Notes: generated by a model not told the origin, from the sequence alone. Shown: positions 41,947-54,206, numbered from the stretch's first letter. The stretch is DNA of 64,000 nt from an uncultured Gemmatimonadales bacterium (GCA_963816355.1 CAWFKH010000003.1:832001-896000); one strand, 5' to 3'. Made by a program: numbers and translations.

Positions 41947-42906
41947 ATGAAGCGGGTGGCGGTGGAGGACCTGCTGCGCGCGAAAGGCGGCGCGCTCGAG
42001 CTGGAGGTGCTGAACGACCCGGCGCACCTGCGGCGAGAGATCGAGGAATCGAGCATATCGAGCCCCGGGCTCGTCCTCGCCGGCTACACGGAGCGTCTGC
42101 CGATGGGCCGCATCCAGGTCTTCGGCGAGACCGAGATGAGCTTTCTCGGCGGTCTCGGCGCCGAACGCCTCGACGCCGTGCTCACCGACTTCTTCGCGCT
42201 CTCCTTTCCCGCCGCGATCGTGACCAAGGGGCAGGAGGCGCCGCCGATCATGGTCGCGCGCGCCGACGAGTACGCCGTGCCGCTGCTGCGCTCGAAGCTG
42301 AAGACCGGCGAATTCTACCGCCGCCTGCAGCCGTACCTGGAGGAGTGCTTCGCGCCGACGACGGTCGTGCACGGATCGCTCGCGGACGTCTACGGCGTGG
42401 GTCTCCTCTTCATCGGCAGGAGCGGGATCGGCAAGAGCGAGTGCGTCCTCGACCTAGTCGAGCGCGGGCATCGCCTCGTCGCCGACGACATCGTCTACGT
42501 CACGCGGCGTGGGAACGACATCCTGCTCGGGCGTGGCCACGAGTTGCAGCGCCACCACATGGAGATCCGCGGCATCGGCATCATCGACATCCCGTCGCTC
42601 TTCGGCATCCGCTCGATCCGCCAGCAGAAGCGCATCGAGGTCGTCGTCGAGCTGGAGGAATGGTCCGAGAAGGCCACCTACGACCGCACCGGCCTCGACG
42701 CCGAGACCACGGAGTACCTCGGCGTCGATCTGCCGAAGGTACGTTTGCCGCTCAATCCGGGTAAGAACATCACCGTGATCTCGGAGGTGGTCGCGATGAA
42801 CCACCTCCTCAAGTATTCGGGCGTCCACGCCGCCGACCGCTTCGATCAGCGGCTGCGCGACGCGATGCGCCCGGTCCGCGACTACCTCGAAGAGGATTAT
42901 GAGTGA
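41947..42906 (+). CDS. hprK: HPr kinase/phosphorylase
   Basis: GRSGIGKSE Walker A, GHRLVADD, MEIRGIGII. Confidence 0.95.
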   Translation: MKRVAVEDLLRAKGGALELEVLNDPAHLRREIEESSISSPGLVLAGYTERLPMGRIQVFGETEMSFLGGLGAERLDAVLTDFFALSFPAAIVTKGQEAPPIMVARADEYAVPLLRSKLKTGEFYRRLQPYLEECFAPTTVVHGSLADVYGVGLLFIGRSGIGKSECVLDLVERGHRLVADDIVYVTRRGNDILLGRGHELQRHHMEIRGIGIIDIPSLFGIRSIRQQKRIEVVVELEEWSEKATYDRTGLDAETTEYLGVDLPKVRLPLNPGKNITVISEVVAMNHLLKYSGVHAADRFDQRLRDAMRPVRDYLEEDYE

Positions 42907-43327
42907 GGTCCGCCCCTGCCGGGGACTGATCGTCGCCCACGGCACTTTCGCGCGTGGCCTGATCGACGCCGTGCGCGCCATCACCGGTGCGGACGAGGAC
43001 GCCCTCGTCGCGCTCAGCAACACCGGCCGCTCGCCGGAGCAACTCGCGGCCGACATCGAGGCGTGCGTGCGCGAGGGGAGGTGGGTCGTCTTCACCGATA
43101 TGCAGGTCGGAAGCTGTGCCTTCACCGCACGCCGGCTCTGCCGCAGCCGCGGCGACCTCGTGGTCGTGACCGGCGCGAATCTTCCCATGCTGCTCGACTT
43201 CGTGGTGAACCGGGAGCTCCCCGCCGCCGAGCTCGCGCAGCGCGCGCTCAGCCGGGGCCAGCAGGGCATGTGCGTGGTCTTACCGGACGGGAGGACGGAT
43301 GCCGGTCGTGCTGTATCGGGTGGATGA
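42899..43327 (+). CDS. PTS mannose-family EIIA
   Basis: LIVAHG phospho-His, FTDM..GS, TGANLPML. Confidence 0.85.
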   Translation: MSEVRPCRGLIVAHGTFARGLIDAVRAITGADEDALVALSNTGRSPEQLAADIEACVREGRWVVFTDMQVGSCAFTARRLCRSRGDLVVVTGANLPMLLDFVVNRELPAAELAQRALSRGQQGMCVVLPDGRTDAGRAVSGG

Positions 43328-43790
43328 GCGTCTGATCCACGGTCAGGTCGTCGTCGGCTGGGGCGCCGTCCTGCACCCGGACCGCATCGTCGTCGTCGAC
43401 GACGAGCTCGCCGCCTCCGACTGGGAGCAGGAGCTCTACGTCATGGGGCTGCCCTCGAACATCGAGACCATGTTCGCCCGCGTGCGCGACGCGCGCCAGC
43501 ACCTCGACGAGTGGAGAGGGTCGGCGCGGCGTACGATCCTGCTCACGCGCGACATCGACAGCATGCTGCGCCTCGCCGGCGGCGGCCTGCTCGCGGGGGA
43601 GGAGGTCAACATCGGCGGCATCCACGACGCGCCCGGGCGCCACCCCGTGCTGCCGTACGTCTTTCTCGACGCCGGCGAGGCGGAAGAGCTGAAGCGCCTA
43701 TCGGAGGAACGGGTCACGGTGGGCGCGCGCGACCTTCCCACCTCGCGCGCCGTCCCCCTGGAGCGCCTCGTCGGCGATGGCGGGAGCTGA
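43299..43790 (+). CDS. PTS mannose-family EIIB
   Basis: RVDERLIHGQV, VNIGG. Confidence 0.9.
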   Translation: MPVVLYRVDERLIHGQVVVGWGAVLHPDRIVVVDDELAASDWEQELYVMGLPSNIETMFARVRDARQHLDEWRGSARRTILLTRDIDSMLRLAGGGLLAGEEVNIGGIHDAPGRHPVLPYVFLDAGEAEELKRLSEERVTVGARDLPTSRAVPLERLVGDGGS

Positions 43791-44468
43791 GTGATGGGGT
43801 GGCTCCTCGTCGCGGCGTGGGGTGGCCTCGTCGGGCTCGACGGCACCTCGCTCCTTCAGGTCATGGTGTCGCGGCCGCTTCCTGCGGCCGCGCTCGCCGG
43901 GCTGCTTCTGGGGAATCCGGTCGCGGGCGCGATCGTCGGCGCCGTTCTCGAGACGTTCGCGCTCTGCGCGCTGCCCATCGGCGCCGCGCGCAATCCGGAG
44001 GCGGGCACCGCCGCCGTCGCCGCCGCGGCGGGCTACGCCTTCGTCGTCGGGCCCGCCGTGGAGCCGGAGCTCGTGCTCGTGGCGGTCCTCTTCGGCCTCG
44101 TCTGGCAATGGGTCACGGGGCTCACCGTGGACCGCATTCGGCACCTGAACGAGCGGATTGCCGCGGTGCCCGCCCGCTCGGAGCCGGTCACGGCCGCCTG
44201 GATCGTGCGCCGCCACATGCTCGCCATCGGGGTCGACTTCCTGCGCGCCGCCGCGGTGACGGTCGTGGGCTGGCTCCTCGCGGTCGCCGCTCTGCGCGCG
44301 GCGAGCCCGATCGAGGCGCAGCTCGGTCCCGCGGCGGGCGGCATCCTCGGCGTCGCGACGACCGGCATGGTGGCGGCCGCGCTCGGTGTCTTCGGCGGCT
44401 TCCGCGAGCGGCGCACGCCGTTCCTCCTCGGCCTGCTCGGCGGCCTCGCGCTGCTGCTCGCACGATGA
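43791..44468 (+). CDS. PTS mannose-family EIIC
   Basis: Polytopic membrane protein with QVMVSRPL...G.LLG, PIGA; lies between EIIB and EIID. Confidence 0.8.
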   Translation: MMGWLLVAAWGGLVGLDGTSLLQVMVSRPLPAAALAGLLLGNPVAGAIVGAVLETFALCALPIGAARNPEAGTAAVAAAAGYAFVVGPAVEPELVLVAVLFGLVWQWVTGLTVDRIRHLNERIAAVPARSEPVTAAWIVRRHMLAIGVDFLRAAAVTVVGWLLAVAALRAASPIEAQLGPAAGGILGVATTGMVAAALGVFGGFRERRTPFLLGLLGGLALLLAR

Positions 44469-45208
44469 GCCGCAACGGCGTGCCCACGACCGTACTCCTG
44501 CGCTCGTTCGCGATCCAGGGATCGTGGAACTATCGCACCCTCATCGGCACCGGCTTCGTCTTCGCCCTGCTGCCGGTGCTGCAACGCCGCTTCCACGACG
44601 ATCCGGCCGCGCTCGACCGCGCGATCCGCCGTCACGCCGGGCTGTTCAACAGCCATCCCTATTTAGCGGGCATGGCGCTTGGCGCGGTGGCGCGGATGGA
44701 GGTGGAGTCCACCGATCCGGCGCTCGTCGACCGCTTCAAGACGGCTGTCCGCGGCTCGCTCGGCTCGCTCGGCGACCGCCTCGTGTGGGCCGGCTGGCGG
44801 CCGCTCTGCCTGCTGATCGCGCTCACGCTGCTCGCCGCCGGCGCGCCGTGGTGGGTCGCCGTCGCCGCGTTCCTGACGGTCTACAACATCGGCCACATCG
44901 GGCTGCGGCTGTGGAGCTTCCGTATGGGCGTCGAGAACGGACTCCGCGTCGGCGAGAAGCTTCGCCTCTCGCTCGTCGTGCCCGCGCAGCGCCTCACCGG
45001 CACCATCGGCCCGTTCCTCGTTGGGCTGCTGTTGCCGCTGGCCGCCGTCGGCGGCCTCGCCGGAGACCGACTCACGGCGCCGTGGGTGATCGCCGCGGCG
45101 GTGAGCGGCGTCGTCGCTCTCCGGCTCGGTGAGAGCGTGCGCCTCCCGCTCTTCGGACTGATCGCGATTCTCGCAACGACGGGTCTGCTGATGGGTTGGA
45201 TCGAATGA
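44465..45208 (+). CDS. PTS mannose-family EIID
   Basis: IQGSWNY, FNSHPY, G.LG.LGD.L.W. Confidence 0.85.
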   Translation: MSRNGVPTTVLLRSFAIQGSWNYRTLIGTGFVFALLPVLQRRFHDDPAALDRAIRRHAGLFNSHPYLAGMALGAVARMEVESTDPALVDRFKTAVRGSLGSLGDRLVWAGWRPLCLLIALTLLAAGAPWWVAVAAFLTVYNIGHIGLRLWSFRMGVENGLRVGEKLRLSLVVPAQRLTGTIGPFLVGLLLPLAAVGGLAGDRLTAPWVIAAAVSGVVALRLGESVRLPLFGLIAILATTGLLMGWIE

Positions 45209-45486
45209 CGCAGGAGCAGGCGCGCAGCATCCAGCTCCGCATTCGCAACCGCTACGGTCTGCACGCCAGGCCCGCGGCCGAGTTCGTCAAGCTCGCGAGC
45301 CGCTTCGCCTGCGATCTCCGCGTCCGCAAGGACGACCTCGAGGTCAACGGCAAGAGCATCATGGGCGTCATGATGCTCGCCGCCGAATGCGGCAGCGAGA
45401 TCGAGATCAACGCCGCTGGCGAGGACGCCGACGAGGCGCTGCGCGAGCTGGCGCAGCTCGTCGAGAACGGGTTCGGAGAGGACTGA
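45205..45486 (+). CDS. ptsH: Phosphocarrier protein HPr
   Basis: GLHARPA (His15) and GKSIMG (Ser46). Confidence 0.95.
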   Translation: MTQEQARSIQLRIRNRYGLHARPAAEFVKLASRFACDLRVRKDDLEVNGKSIMGVMMLAAECGSEIEINAAGEDADEALRELAQLVENGFGED

Positions 45487-45516
45487 GCCGATGAACGGCG
45501 TTGGGGACGGGGGCTG

Positions 45517-47298
45517 ATGAAGCTGATCCGGGACGGGATCCCGGCGTCGCCCGGGATCGTCATCGCGCCGGCGCGCCTGCTCCGCTGGGGGGTGCCACGC
45601 GCCTCGCGCGCCAGCATCGAGGCGGACGAGGTGGAAGGCGAGATCCGCCGCCTGCACGCCGCGCGCGCCGCCGCGCAGGAGCGGATCCGCGAGGTGCAGG
45701 CCCACGCCGGCGAGCGCCTCGGCCGCGTCGAGGCGCAGATCTTCGAGCCGCAGATCCTGATGCTCGACGACGCCGAGCTGGTCGAGCCCGCCGAGCGCTC
45801 CATCCGGGAGAACCACTACAGCGCCGCGCGCGCGATCGAGTTGCGCGTCCTCGAGCTGCGCTCCGAGTGGCGCCGGGCGGGACACCCGATGGTGCTCGAC
45901 CGCCTCAACGACCTGCTCGACGTCGAGATCCGCCTCGTCCGCGAGCTGAGCGGCGACGACGACGGCGAGGCCGCTGCCCCGCCCACGGAAGGTCGCTGGA
46001 TCCTCGTCGCCAACGACCTGCCGCCCAGCCTGACGGTCCAGCTCGATCCGGCCGTCGTCCGCGGCGTGGCGCTCGACACCGGCACGCGCACGTCCCACTC
46101 CGCCATCCTCGCCCGCGCCCTCGGCATCCCCGCTGTGGTCGCGCTCGGCGACATCTCGCAGGTCGTCGACGACGGCGACGAGCTCGTCCTCGACGGCCGC
46201 ACGGGCCGCGTCGTGGTGGCGCCGAGCGAGGAGGAGAAGGAGGTCTACCGGGAGCGCGACGTGCACGTCCGCGAGTGGGAGCAGGAGCTGGTGCTGCTCG
46301 CGCACATGGAGTCGGTCACGCCGGACCGCCAGCCGGTCCAGCTCCGCGCCAACATCGACCTGCCCGGCGAGGCGGAGAACGCGCGTGCGCACGGTGCACA
46401 GGGGATCGGCCTCTTCCGCACGGAGTTCCTCGTCGTCGGCCGCAGCGCCTTCCCGGGCGAGGAGGACCAGTACGCCGCCTACCGGCAGGCGGTCGAGGTC
46501 TTCCCGGACGACGCCGTCTTCATCCGCACGTACGACCTCGGCGGCGACAAATTCCCGCGCTTCCTCCAGATGCCGCCCGAGGAGAACCCGTTCCTCGGCT
46601 GGCGCGCGATCCGCGTCTGCCTCGACATGCCGGAGCTGTTCCGCACGCAGCTCCGCGCGATGCTGCGCGCCACCGCCCACGGCGACGTCCGCATCATGCT
46701 TCCGCTCGTCAACGACGTCGCGGAGATCGAGCGCACCCGCGAGCTGCTCGAGGAGATCGAGCAGGAGCTGGTCCGCGACGGGGTCGAGTACAATCCCGGC
46801 TACAAGCTGGGCGTGATGATCGAGACGCCCGCCGCCGCGCTGATCGCCGAAGACCTCGCGCGCCACGCCGACTTCTTCTCCATCGGCACCAACGACCTGG
46901 TGCAGTACACGCTCGCGGTCGACCGCGGCAACGCGCGCCTCGCCTCCCGCTCGACGCCGTTCCACCCCGCCGTCCTGAAGCTGCTGCAGCGCACGGTCGA
47001 GATGGGTCGCCGCGGCGGTGTCGAGGTGAGCGTCTGCGGCGAGATGGCGGCCAACCCGCTCGGCGTGTTCGTCCTCGTCGGCCTCGGCGTGCCCGCCCTC
47101 AGCGTCGCACCGTCCGCGCTGCCGGAGATCAAGAAGGTGATCCGCAGCGTGCCGGCCTCCGCGGCGCGCGAGGCGGCCGGCGAAGCGCTGCACGCGGCGA
47201 GCGCGGCGGAGACCGTCGAGATCCTCACGGGCGCCGCGTCGCAGTGGCTGGACCTCTCCGTCTTCTCAGGCCGCTGGAACTTGTCGCCTCTTCAGTGA
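45517..47298 (+). CDS. ptsI: PTS Enzyme I
   Basis: TSHSAILAR, GIGLFRTEF, ENPFLGWRAIR, SIGTNDL.QY, CGEMA. Confidence 0.95.
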   Translation: MKLIRDGIPASPGIVIAPARLLRWGVPRASRASIEADEVEGEIRRLHAARAAAQERIREVQAHAGERLGRVEAQIFEPQILMLDDAELVEPAERSIRENHYSAARAIELRVLELRSEWRRAGHPMVLDRLNDLLDVEIRLVRELSGDDDGEAAAPPTEGRWILVANDLPPSLTVQLDPAVVRGVALDTGTRTSHSAILARALGIPAVVALGDISQVVDDGDELVLDGRTGRVVVAPSEEEKEVYRERDVHVREWEQELVLLAHMESVTPDRQPVQLRANIDLPGEAENARAHGAQGIGLFRTEFLVVGRSAFPGEEDQYAAYRQAVEVFPDDAVFIRTYDLGGDKFPRFLQMPPEENPFLGWRAIRVCLDMPELFRTQLRAMLRATAHGDVRIMLPLVNDVAEIERTRELLEEIEQELVRDGVEYNPGYKLGVMIETPAAALIAEDLARHADFFSIGTNDLVQYTLAVDRGNARLASRSTPFHPAVLKLLQRTVEMGRRGGVEVSVCGEMAANPLGVFVLVGLGVPALSVAPSALPEIKKVIRSVPASAAREAAGEALHAASAAETVEILTGAASQWLDLSVFSGRWNLSPLQ

Positions 47299-47309
47299 CC
47301 GACTAACTT
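47281..47309 (+). promoter_or_regulatory. Candidate sigma70 promoter for metK-ahcY
   Basis: TTGTCG (47281-47286), 17-nt spacer, TAACTT (47304-47309). Confidence 0.45.
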
Positions 47310-47367
47310 CGCGGCGCCCTGTCGGATGCCCGCTGGCCGTTCTTCAGCGACCTGCTAAGGAGCAACT

Positions 47368-48546
47368 TTGGACCGCTACCTCTTCACCTCCGAATCCGTC
47401 ACGGAGGGGCACCCCGACAAGATCGCGGACCAGATCAGCGACGCGATCCTCGACGCCGTGCTCGCGAAGGACGAGGGCGGTCGCGTCGCATGCGAGACCC
47501 TGGTGACCACCGGCCTCGTCATCGTGGCCGGCGAGGTCACGACGGAAGACTACGTCGACGTGTCCGCGGCGGTGCGCGGCACGCTCCGCTCGATCGGCTA
47601 CACCGACGCCGCGTACGGCATCGACTGCGACAGCTGCGGCGTGCTCGTCGCGCTCGACCGCCAGTCGCCCGACATCGCGCAGGGCGTCGACGGCGGCGGC
47701 GCCGGAGACCAGGGCATGATGTTCGGCTACGCGGTCGACGAGACGGAGGAGCTGATGCCCGCGCCGATCGGGCTCGCCCACCGCCTCACCAAGCGCCTCG
47801 CCAGGCTCCGCGCCGACGGCGACATCCCGTGGCTGCGGCCGGACGGCAAGGCGCAGGTCACGATGGAGTACGAGGATGGACGGCCCGTGCGCGTCCACAC
47901 CGTCGTCGTCAGCACGCAGCACGCGGCGGACGTCTCGATCGAGGAGGTGCGCGAGCGCGTCGTGCGCGACGTCGTCACGCCGGTCATGCCGCCCGATCTC
48001 TTCGACCCCGCCTCGTGCGTGTTCCACGTCAACCCGACCGGCCGCTTCGTCGTGGGCGGCCCGCACGGCGATGCCGGCCTCACCGGCCGCAAGATCATCG
48101 TCGACACCTATGGTGGCTCCGCCCGCCACGGCGGCGGCGCGTTCAGCGGCAAGGACCCCTCCAAGGTCGACCGCTCCGCCGCCTACGCCGCGCGGTGGGC
48201 CGCCAAGAACATCGTCGCCGCCGGCGTCGCGCGCCGCTGCGAGATCCAGATCGCTTACGCGATCGGCGTCGCCGACCCCGTCTCCGTCCACGTCGACTCG
48301 TTCGGCACCGGCGTGGTGCCGGACGCGCGCATCGCGGAAGCGCTCCGCGACGTCTTCGACTTCCGGCCCCGCGCCATCATCCAGGAGCTCTGCCTGGCCC
48401 GGCCGATCTACCGGCCGACCGCCGCCTATGGCCACTTCGGCCGCCGCTCCTACACGGCGGACGACGGCCCCGGAAGCGGCAACACCTTCTTCACCTGGGA
48501 ACGCACCGACCGCGCCGACGAGCTCCGTACGGCGCTCGGCCTCTAA
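47368..48546 (+). CDS. metK: S-adenosylmethionine synthetase
   Basis: [45 protein letters not shown] start after AAGGAG. Confidence 0.96.
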   Translation: MDRYLFTSESVTEGHPDKIADQISDAILDAVLAKDEGGRVACETLVTTGLVIVAGEVTTEDYVDVSAAVRGTLRSIGYTDAAYGIDCDSCGVLVALDRQSPDIAQGVDGGGAGDQGMMFGYAVDETEELMPAPIGLAHRLTKRLARLRADGDIPWLRPDGKAQVTMEYEDGRPVRVHTVVVSTQHAADVSIEEVRERVVRDVVTPVMPPDLFDPASCVFHVNPTGRFVVGGPHGDAGLTGRKIIVDTYGGSARHGGGAFSGKDPSKVDRSAAYAARWAAKNIVAAGVARRCEIQIAYAIGVADPVSVHVDSFGTGVVPDARIAEALRDVFDFRPRAIIQELCLARPIYRPTAAYGHFGRRSYTADDGPGSGNTFFTWERTDRADELRTALGL

Positions 48547-48552
48547 CCATAG

Positions 48553-49902
<1,350 letters not shown>

Positions 49903-49938
49903 CCCGCCCGTCGGCAGGATCGCGCTCTGGAGGACCGG

Positions 49939-50508
49939 ATGATCGAAGTGAAGGTGCAGAGTCTCGGGTTGGACCGGTCGTCCAACACGCCCGTCGTCAT
50001 CCTCCAGGAACGCGAGGGATCGCGCGTCCTGCCGATCTGGATCGGGCCCGGCGAGGCGAGCGCGATCGCGATGGAGCTGGCCGGCATGAAGTTCTCCCGC
50101 CCGCTCACCCACGACCTCTTCTGCTCCGTGATCGTCGGGCTCGGCGGCGCGCTCAAGCGCGTCCTCATCACCAAGGTCGTCGACAACACCTACTACGCCG
50201 AGCTGATCATTCAGCGCGGCGGCGAGCTGATCAGCGTCGACGCGCGCCCCTCCGATTCGATCGCCATCGCGCTCCGCCTCGACGCTACCATCCTCACCGA
50301 CGACGAGCTGCTCGAGAACACCCACATCGAGATCTCGGACGTGAGCGCCACCGAAGGCGACGAGATCGACGTCGAGGAGGAGGAGGAGTCCGGCTTCGAC
50401 GTCGAGCGCGCCCGCAAGGAGGCGGAGGAGCAGGGGCTGCGCGCGCAGGAGCTCAACGAATACCTGCGGCGGCTGAATCCGGAGGATTTCGGCCGCTTCA
50501 ACATGTGA
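49939..50508 (+). CDS. Bifunctional nuclease (DUF151/BFN) family protein
   Basis: LPIWIG..EA..I, RPLTHDL, DARPSDSIA.A; acidic tail. Confidence 0.88.
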   Translation: MIEVKVQSLGLDRSSNTPVVILQEREGSRVLPIWIGPGEASAIAMELAGMKFSRPLTHDLFCSVIVGLGGALKRVLITKVVDNTYYAELIIQRGGELISVDARPSDSIAIALRLDATILTDDELLENTHIEISDVSATEGDEIDVEEEEESGFDVERARKEAEEQGLRAQELNEYLRRLNPEDFGRFNM

Positions 50509-50512
50509 CGCG

Positions 50513-51310
50513 ATGACCTCGATCCGTGCCGCCGTGCGCCTTTCACCCGCCTCGCTCGCGCCGATCGCGATCGTCGTAGCGGCGCTCTGCGCGCCGCCCG
50601 CCGGGGCCGCGGCCGCGCAGGCGGGGCAGAGTGCGTCGGCGCCGTCCGGCTCCGCCGCCGCGCCCGCCGCCGCAGCGCAGGGGGCCGCCACCCCGGTCGA
50701 CGGCCGCATCCTCGACACCGCCGGCAAGCCGGTACCGGACATCGCCGTGTCGCTCCACCGCGTCGGCCCCGCGGGCGGCACGCAGGTGGGGGTGGACACC
50801 ACTGACGCCGAAGGCCGCTTCCACTTCGCCGCCGTTTCGACCGGGCCCGGCGAGGTGCTCTTCGCCGCGGTTCGCTACGAAGGCGAGCTCTACGTGGGGC
50901 AGCCGCTCGAGGCGGCGATGCCCCGGAACGACTACGAGATCGAGGTGGGCAATCGCGCCAACGCGGTGAACCTCGGTCCCGTCACCTCGCCGCAGGCCGA
51001 GCCGGCGGCGCCGGTGCCGCAGCCCGTCCTGCAGCGCAACGCCACCCGCTTCTGGGCCGGCATCGTGCTGCTCGCGCTCGCGGCCGGCGCCTTCCTGCTG
51101 CTGCGCCGTCCCGCGCGACGAGGGGCGCCGCCGGAATGGCGCCGCACGCTGATGGAGCTCGCCGCGGTCGAGGAGCGGCTGGACGCGCTCGGCGACCCGG
51201 GCGCTGGCGGGGACGCCGGCGAGAGGGCGCGCTACGAGCACCTGCGCGCGCGCCTGCACGCGCGCCTCACCGGCCCGACCCCCGCGGAAGTCGATGCCGC
51301 TCGTCAGTGA
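50513..51310 (+). CDS. Membrane protein with a carboxypeptidase-regulatory-like (Ig-like) domain
   Basis: Signal peptide, GRILD..G.P....V.L...TD.EGRF.F pattern, C-terminal TM and short helical tail. Confidence 0.6.
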   Translation: MTSIRAAVRLSPASLAPIAIVVAALCAPPAGAAAAQAGQSASAPSGSAAAPAAAAQGAATPVDGRILDTAGKPVPDIAVSLHRVGPAGGTQVGVDTTDAEGRFHFAAVSTGPGEVLFAAVRYEGELYVGQPLEAAMPRNDYEIEVGNRANAVNLGPVTSPQAEPAAPVPQPVLQRNATRFWAGIVLLALAAGAFLLLRRPARRGAPPEWRRTLMELAAVEERLDALGDPGAGGDAGERARYEHLRARLHARLTGPTPAEVDAARQ

Positions 51311-52037
51311 CGACGCGATCATTCTCCAGGCGTTCCCCTACAGCGAGACCAGCAAGATTCTGCGCCTGCTCACCCGCGGGCACGGCGTCGTCTCCGCCAT
51401 GGTCCGCGGCGCACGTCGACCGAGGAACCGCTACGGTGGCGTGCTCGAGCCGTTCACCGTGGGTGTGGCGACGATCTACATCAAGGACTCGCGCGATCTC
51501 CAGACGATGAGCGGCTTCGACCTGGCCCACAGCGGCCAGGCGCTGGCCAACGACCTCGTCCGCTTCGGCGCCGCATCCGTCCTCGCCGAGCTCGTCCTCC
51601 ACGCCACGAGCCCCGAACCCGATCCGCTCCTCTTCGAGCGCGTGCGCGGCTCCCTGCGAACGCTCGCCCGCGAGCCGCCCGAACGCCTCGAGACCGCCGC
51701 CCTGTGCGCGCTGTGGGGCGTCGTCGCCCATCTCGGCTTCGCCCCCGCCCTCGATCACTGCCTCGCCTGCGGCCGCGGCGTCGCCCGCGATGAGGACGTT
51801 CTCTTCGACTACGCCGCCGGCGGCATCCGCTGCGGCGCGTGCGGCGGCGCGCTTCACGGCCGCGCGCTGCCCCCCGACGCCCGCGCGCGGCTCGCCGCCG
51901 TGATCGCCGGCGACGCAGAGCCGTTGCCGCGCACCACCGCGCACTGGGACCTCCTCGCCCGCTTCCTGTCGATGCACGTCCTCGAGGGCCGCGGCCTTCG
52001 CTCCCTCGACTTCCTCGCCCGCGCGCTCGCCTCGTGA
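51294..52037 (+). CDS. recO: DNA repair protein RecO
   Basis: AIIL...[13 protein letters not shown]....VRGAR, LEPF, C..CG...C..C zinc finger. Confidence 0.9.
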   Translation: MPLVSDDAIILQAFPYSETSKILRLLTRGHGVVSAMVRGARRPRNRYGGVLEPFTVGVATIYIKDSRDLQTMSGFDLAHSGQALANDLVRFGAASVLAELVLHATSPEPDPLLFERVRGSLRTLAREPPERLETAALCALWGVVAHLGFAPALDHCLACGRGVARDEDVLFDYAAGGIRCGACGGALHGRALPPDARARLAAVIAGDAEPLPRTTAHWDLLARFLSMHVLEGRGLRSLDFLARALAS

Positions 52038-54066
52038 GCGCCCGCCGCCTCGTCCTCGGGACCGCCGGCCACATCGACCACGGCAAGACGACGCTCGTGC
52101 ACGCGCTCACCGGCGTCGACACCGACCGCCTCGCCGAGGAGAAGCGCCGCGGCATCACGATCGATCTCGGCTTCGCGGAGCTGCCGCTCGACGACGACAC
52201 CGCCCTCGCCGTCGTCGACGTCCCCGGCCACGAAGGCTTCGTCCGGAACATGCTCGCCGGCGCCACCGGCATCGACGTCATGCTGCTCGTCGTCGCGGCC
52301 GACGAGGGCGTCATGCCCCAGACCCGCGAGCACCTCGCCATCGTCGAGCTCCTCGACGTCGCCGCCGGCGTCGTCGCGGTCACCAAGGCGGACCTCGTCG
52401 AGCCCGAATGGCTCCATCTCGTCGTCGACGACCTCGCCGAGCAGCTCGCCGGCGGCCCCTTCGGCGACGCGCAGATCGTTCCCGTCTCCGCGCGCACCGG
52501 CGCGGGCCTCGACGCGCTTCGCGCGGCGCTGGGCGACTCCGCCCAGCGCGCACGACAGCGCGACGCCGCGGGGCTCTTCCGCCTCCCAGTCGACCGCGTC
52601 TTCACCATCCGCGGCACCGGCACGGTGGTGACCGGCACCATCGTCTCCGGTGGCGTTCACGACGGTGCGAGCGTTCGCATCCTGCCCGGCCCCGCCGCGC
52701 GGATCGCGGCCGGCCCGACCGCGCACGGCCTCGGCGCAGGCCTCGTGGCGCGCGTGCGCGGCGTTCAGGTCCACGGCGCCGTCGCCGAAAACGCCCGCGC
52801 AGGCCACCGCGCCGCGCTCGCGCTCGCCGGCGTCGACCACGCGGACGTGCGGCGCGGCAACGTCGTCGTATCGAGCGACGCCCCTTGGCGCCCCACGTCG
52901 ATGCTGAGCGCGCGCATCCGCGTCATCCCGGGCACGGAGTGGCGCGTGCGCAACCGCCAGCGCCTTCGCATCCACCTGGGCACGGCGGAGGTGATGGGCC
53001 GCGCGATCCTCTTCGGCACCCGCGAGCTCGGCCCCGGCGACGAGGCGTGGGCACAGCTCCGGCTCGAGACGCCGCTCGTCGCCCGCGCCGGCGACCGCTT
53101 CGTCCTCCGCTCCTATTCGCCCGTGACCACGCTCGGCGGCGGCACCGTCGCCGAGCCGCTCCCGCCCAAGCGCAAGCGGCTCGACGACGACGCTCGCGCC
53201 GCCCTCGACGCGGTGCTCGCCGCCGCCCCCGACGCCGCCGAGCGCCTGGTCCGGCTCGAGGCGTGGCGAGGCCTCGAGGCGGAGAGCCTGCCGCTGCGGC
53301 TGATCTCCACGCCCCGCCGTGACGAGGACGCCCCGTCCGCCGCCGGCCCGGATCGCTCCCGACCGCAGCCGACGAAGGAGCCACCGCCGCCGCCGGGGAG
53401 GGAGCCGCCGCCACGGCCTCGACGGCGCGGCTGACGGAGGCCGGCGGCCGCTTCTTCGCCCCCGGGATCGCCGACGACGCCCGCCGCCGCATTCTGGACG
53501 CCGTCGCGGCGGAACAGCGCCGTCGCCCGATCCGCCCTGCCGTGCCCTGGGAAGTGGCCCGCGGCGCGCTTCCCGACGAGGCGCCCCCGCCCCTCGTGGA
53601 ACGCTCGATCCAGGCCCTGATCGACGATGGCAGCCTCCGCCGCGAAGCCGACGGCCTCGCGACCCCCGACCACCAACCCCGCCTCGACCCGCAGCAGCAG
53701 CGCGCCCGTGATCACCTGCTCGCCCTCCTCCGCGACGCGGGACTGACGCCCCCCCTCCGTGGCGATCTCCCCGCCGAGCTGCGCGACCTCGACGGCCTCG
53801 ACGACCTCCTCGACCACCTCGAGCGCGCCGGCCGCATTCGACGCATCACCGCCGACCTCGTCGTCCATGCCGACGCCCTTCGCGAAGCCACCCGCGCGCT
53901 GCGCGCGAGCTTCGCCGGCCGCGACAACCTGACCCCCGCCGACTTCCGCGGCGCCCTGCCGGATCTCTCCCGCAAGTACCTGATCCCGCTGCTCGAGTAC
54001 CTCGATGCCACCGGCGTCACCCTCCGGCGCGGCGACCGCCGGTCCCTGCGAGAGGGGGCGGGGTAG
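52034..54066 (+). CDS. selB: Selenocysteine-specific elongation factor SelB; frameshift between ~53323 and 53431
   Basis: [42 protein letters not shown]. The C-terminal winged-helix motif [19 protein letters not shown] is in another frame; span 2033 nt = 3n+2. Confidence 0.88.
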
Positions 54067-54089
54067 ACCCCTCGGCGGCCTCGTCTCCC

Positions 54090-54119
54090 TTGACACCCGA
54101 CCGCTGGAACGGGTACGTT
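54090..54119 (+). promoter_or_regulatory. sigma70-like promoter
   Basis: TTGACA (54090-54095), 18-nt spacer, TACGTT (54114-54119). Confidence 0.55.
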
Positions 54120-54206
54120 CGACCTGATGTAGTACGGGTACGTTCACCGCCTTCTTGGAGGGCTATAGCAACCTCAGCTACTGCACAGCACTGTGCGGAG
54201 GTGACC

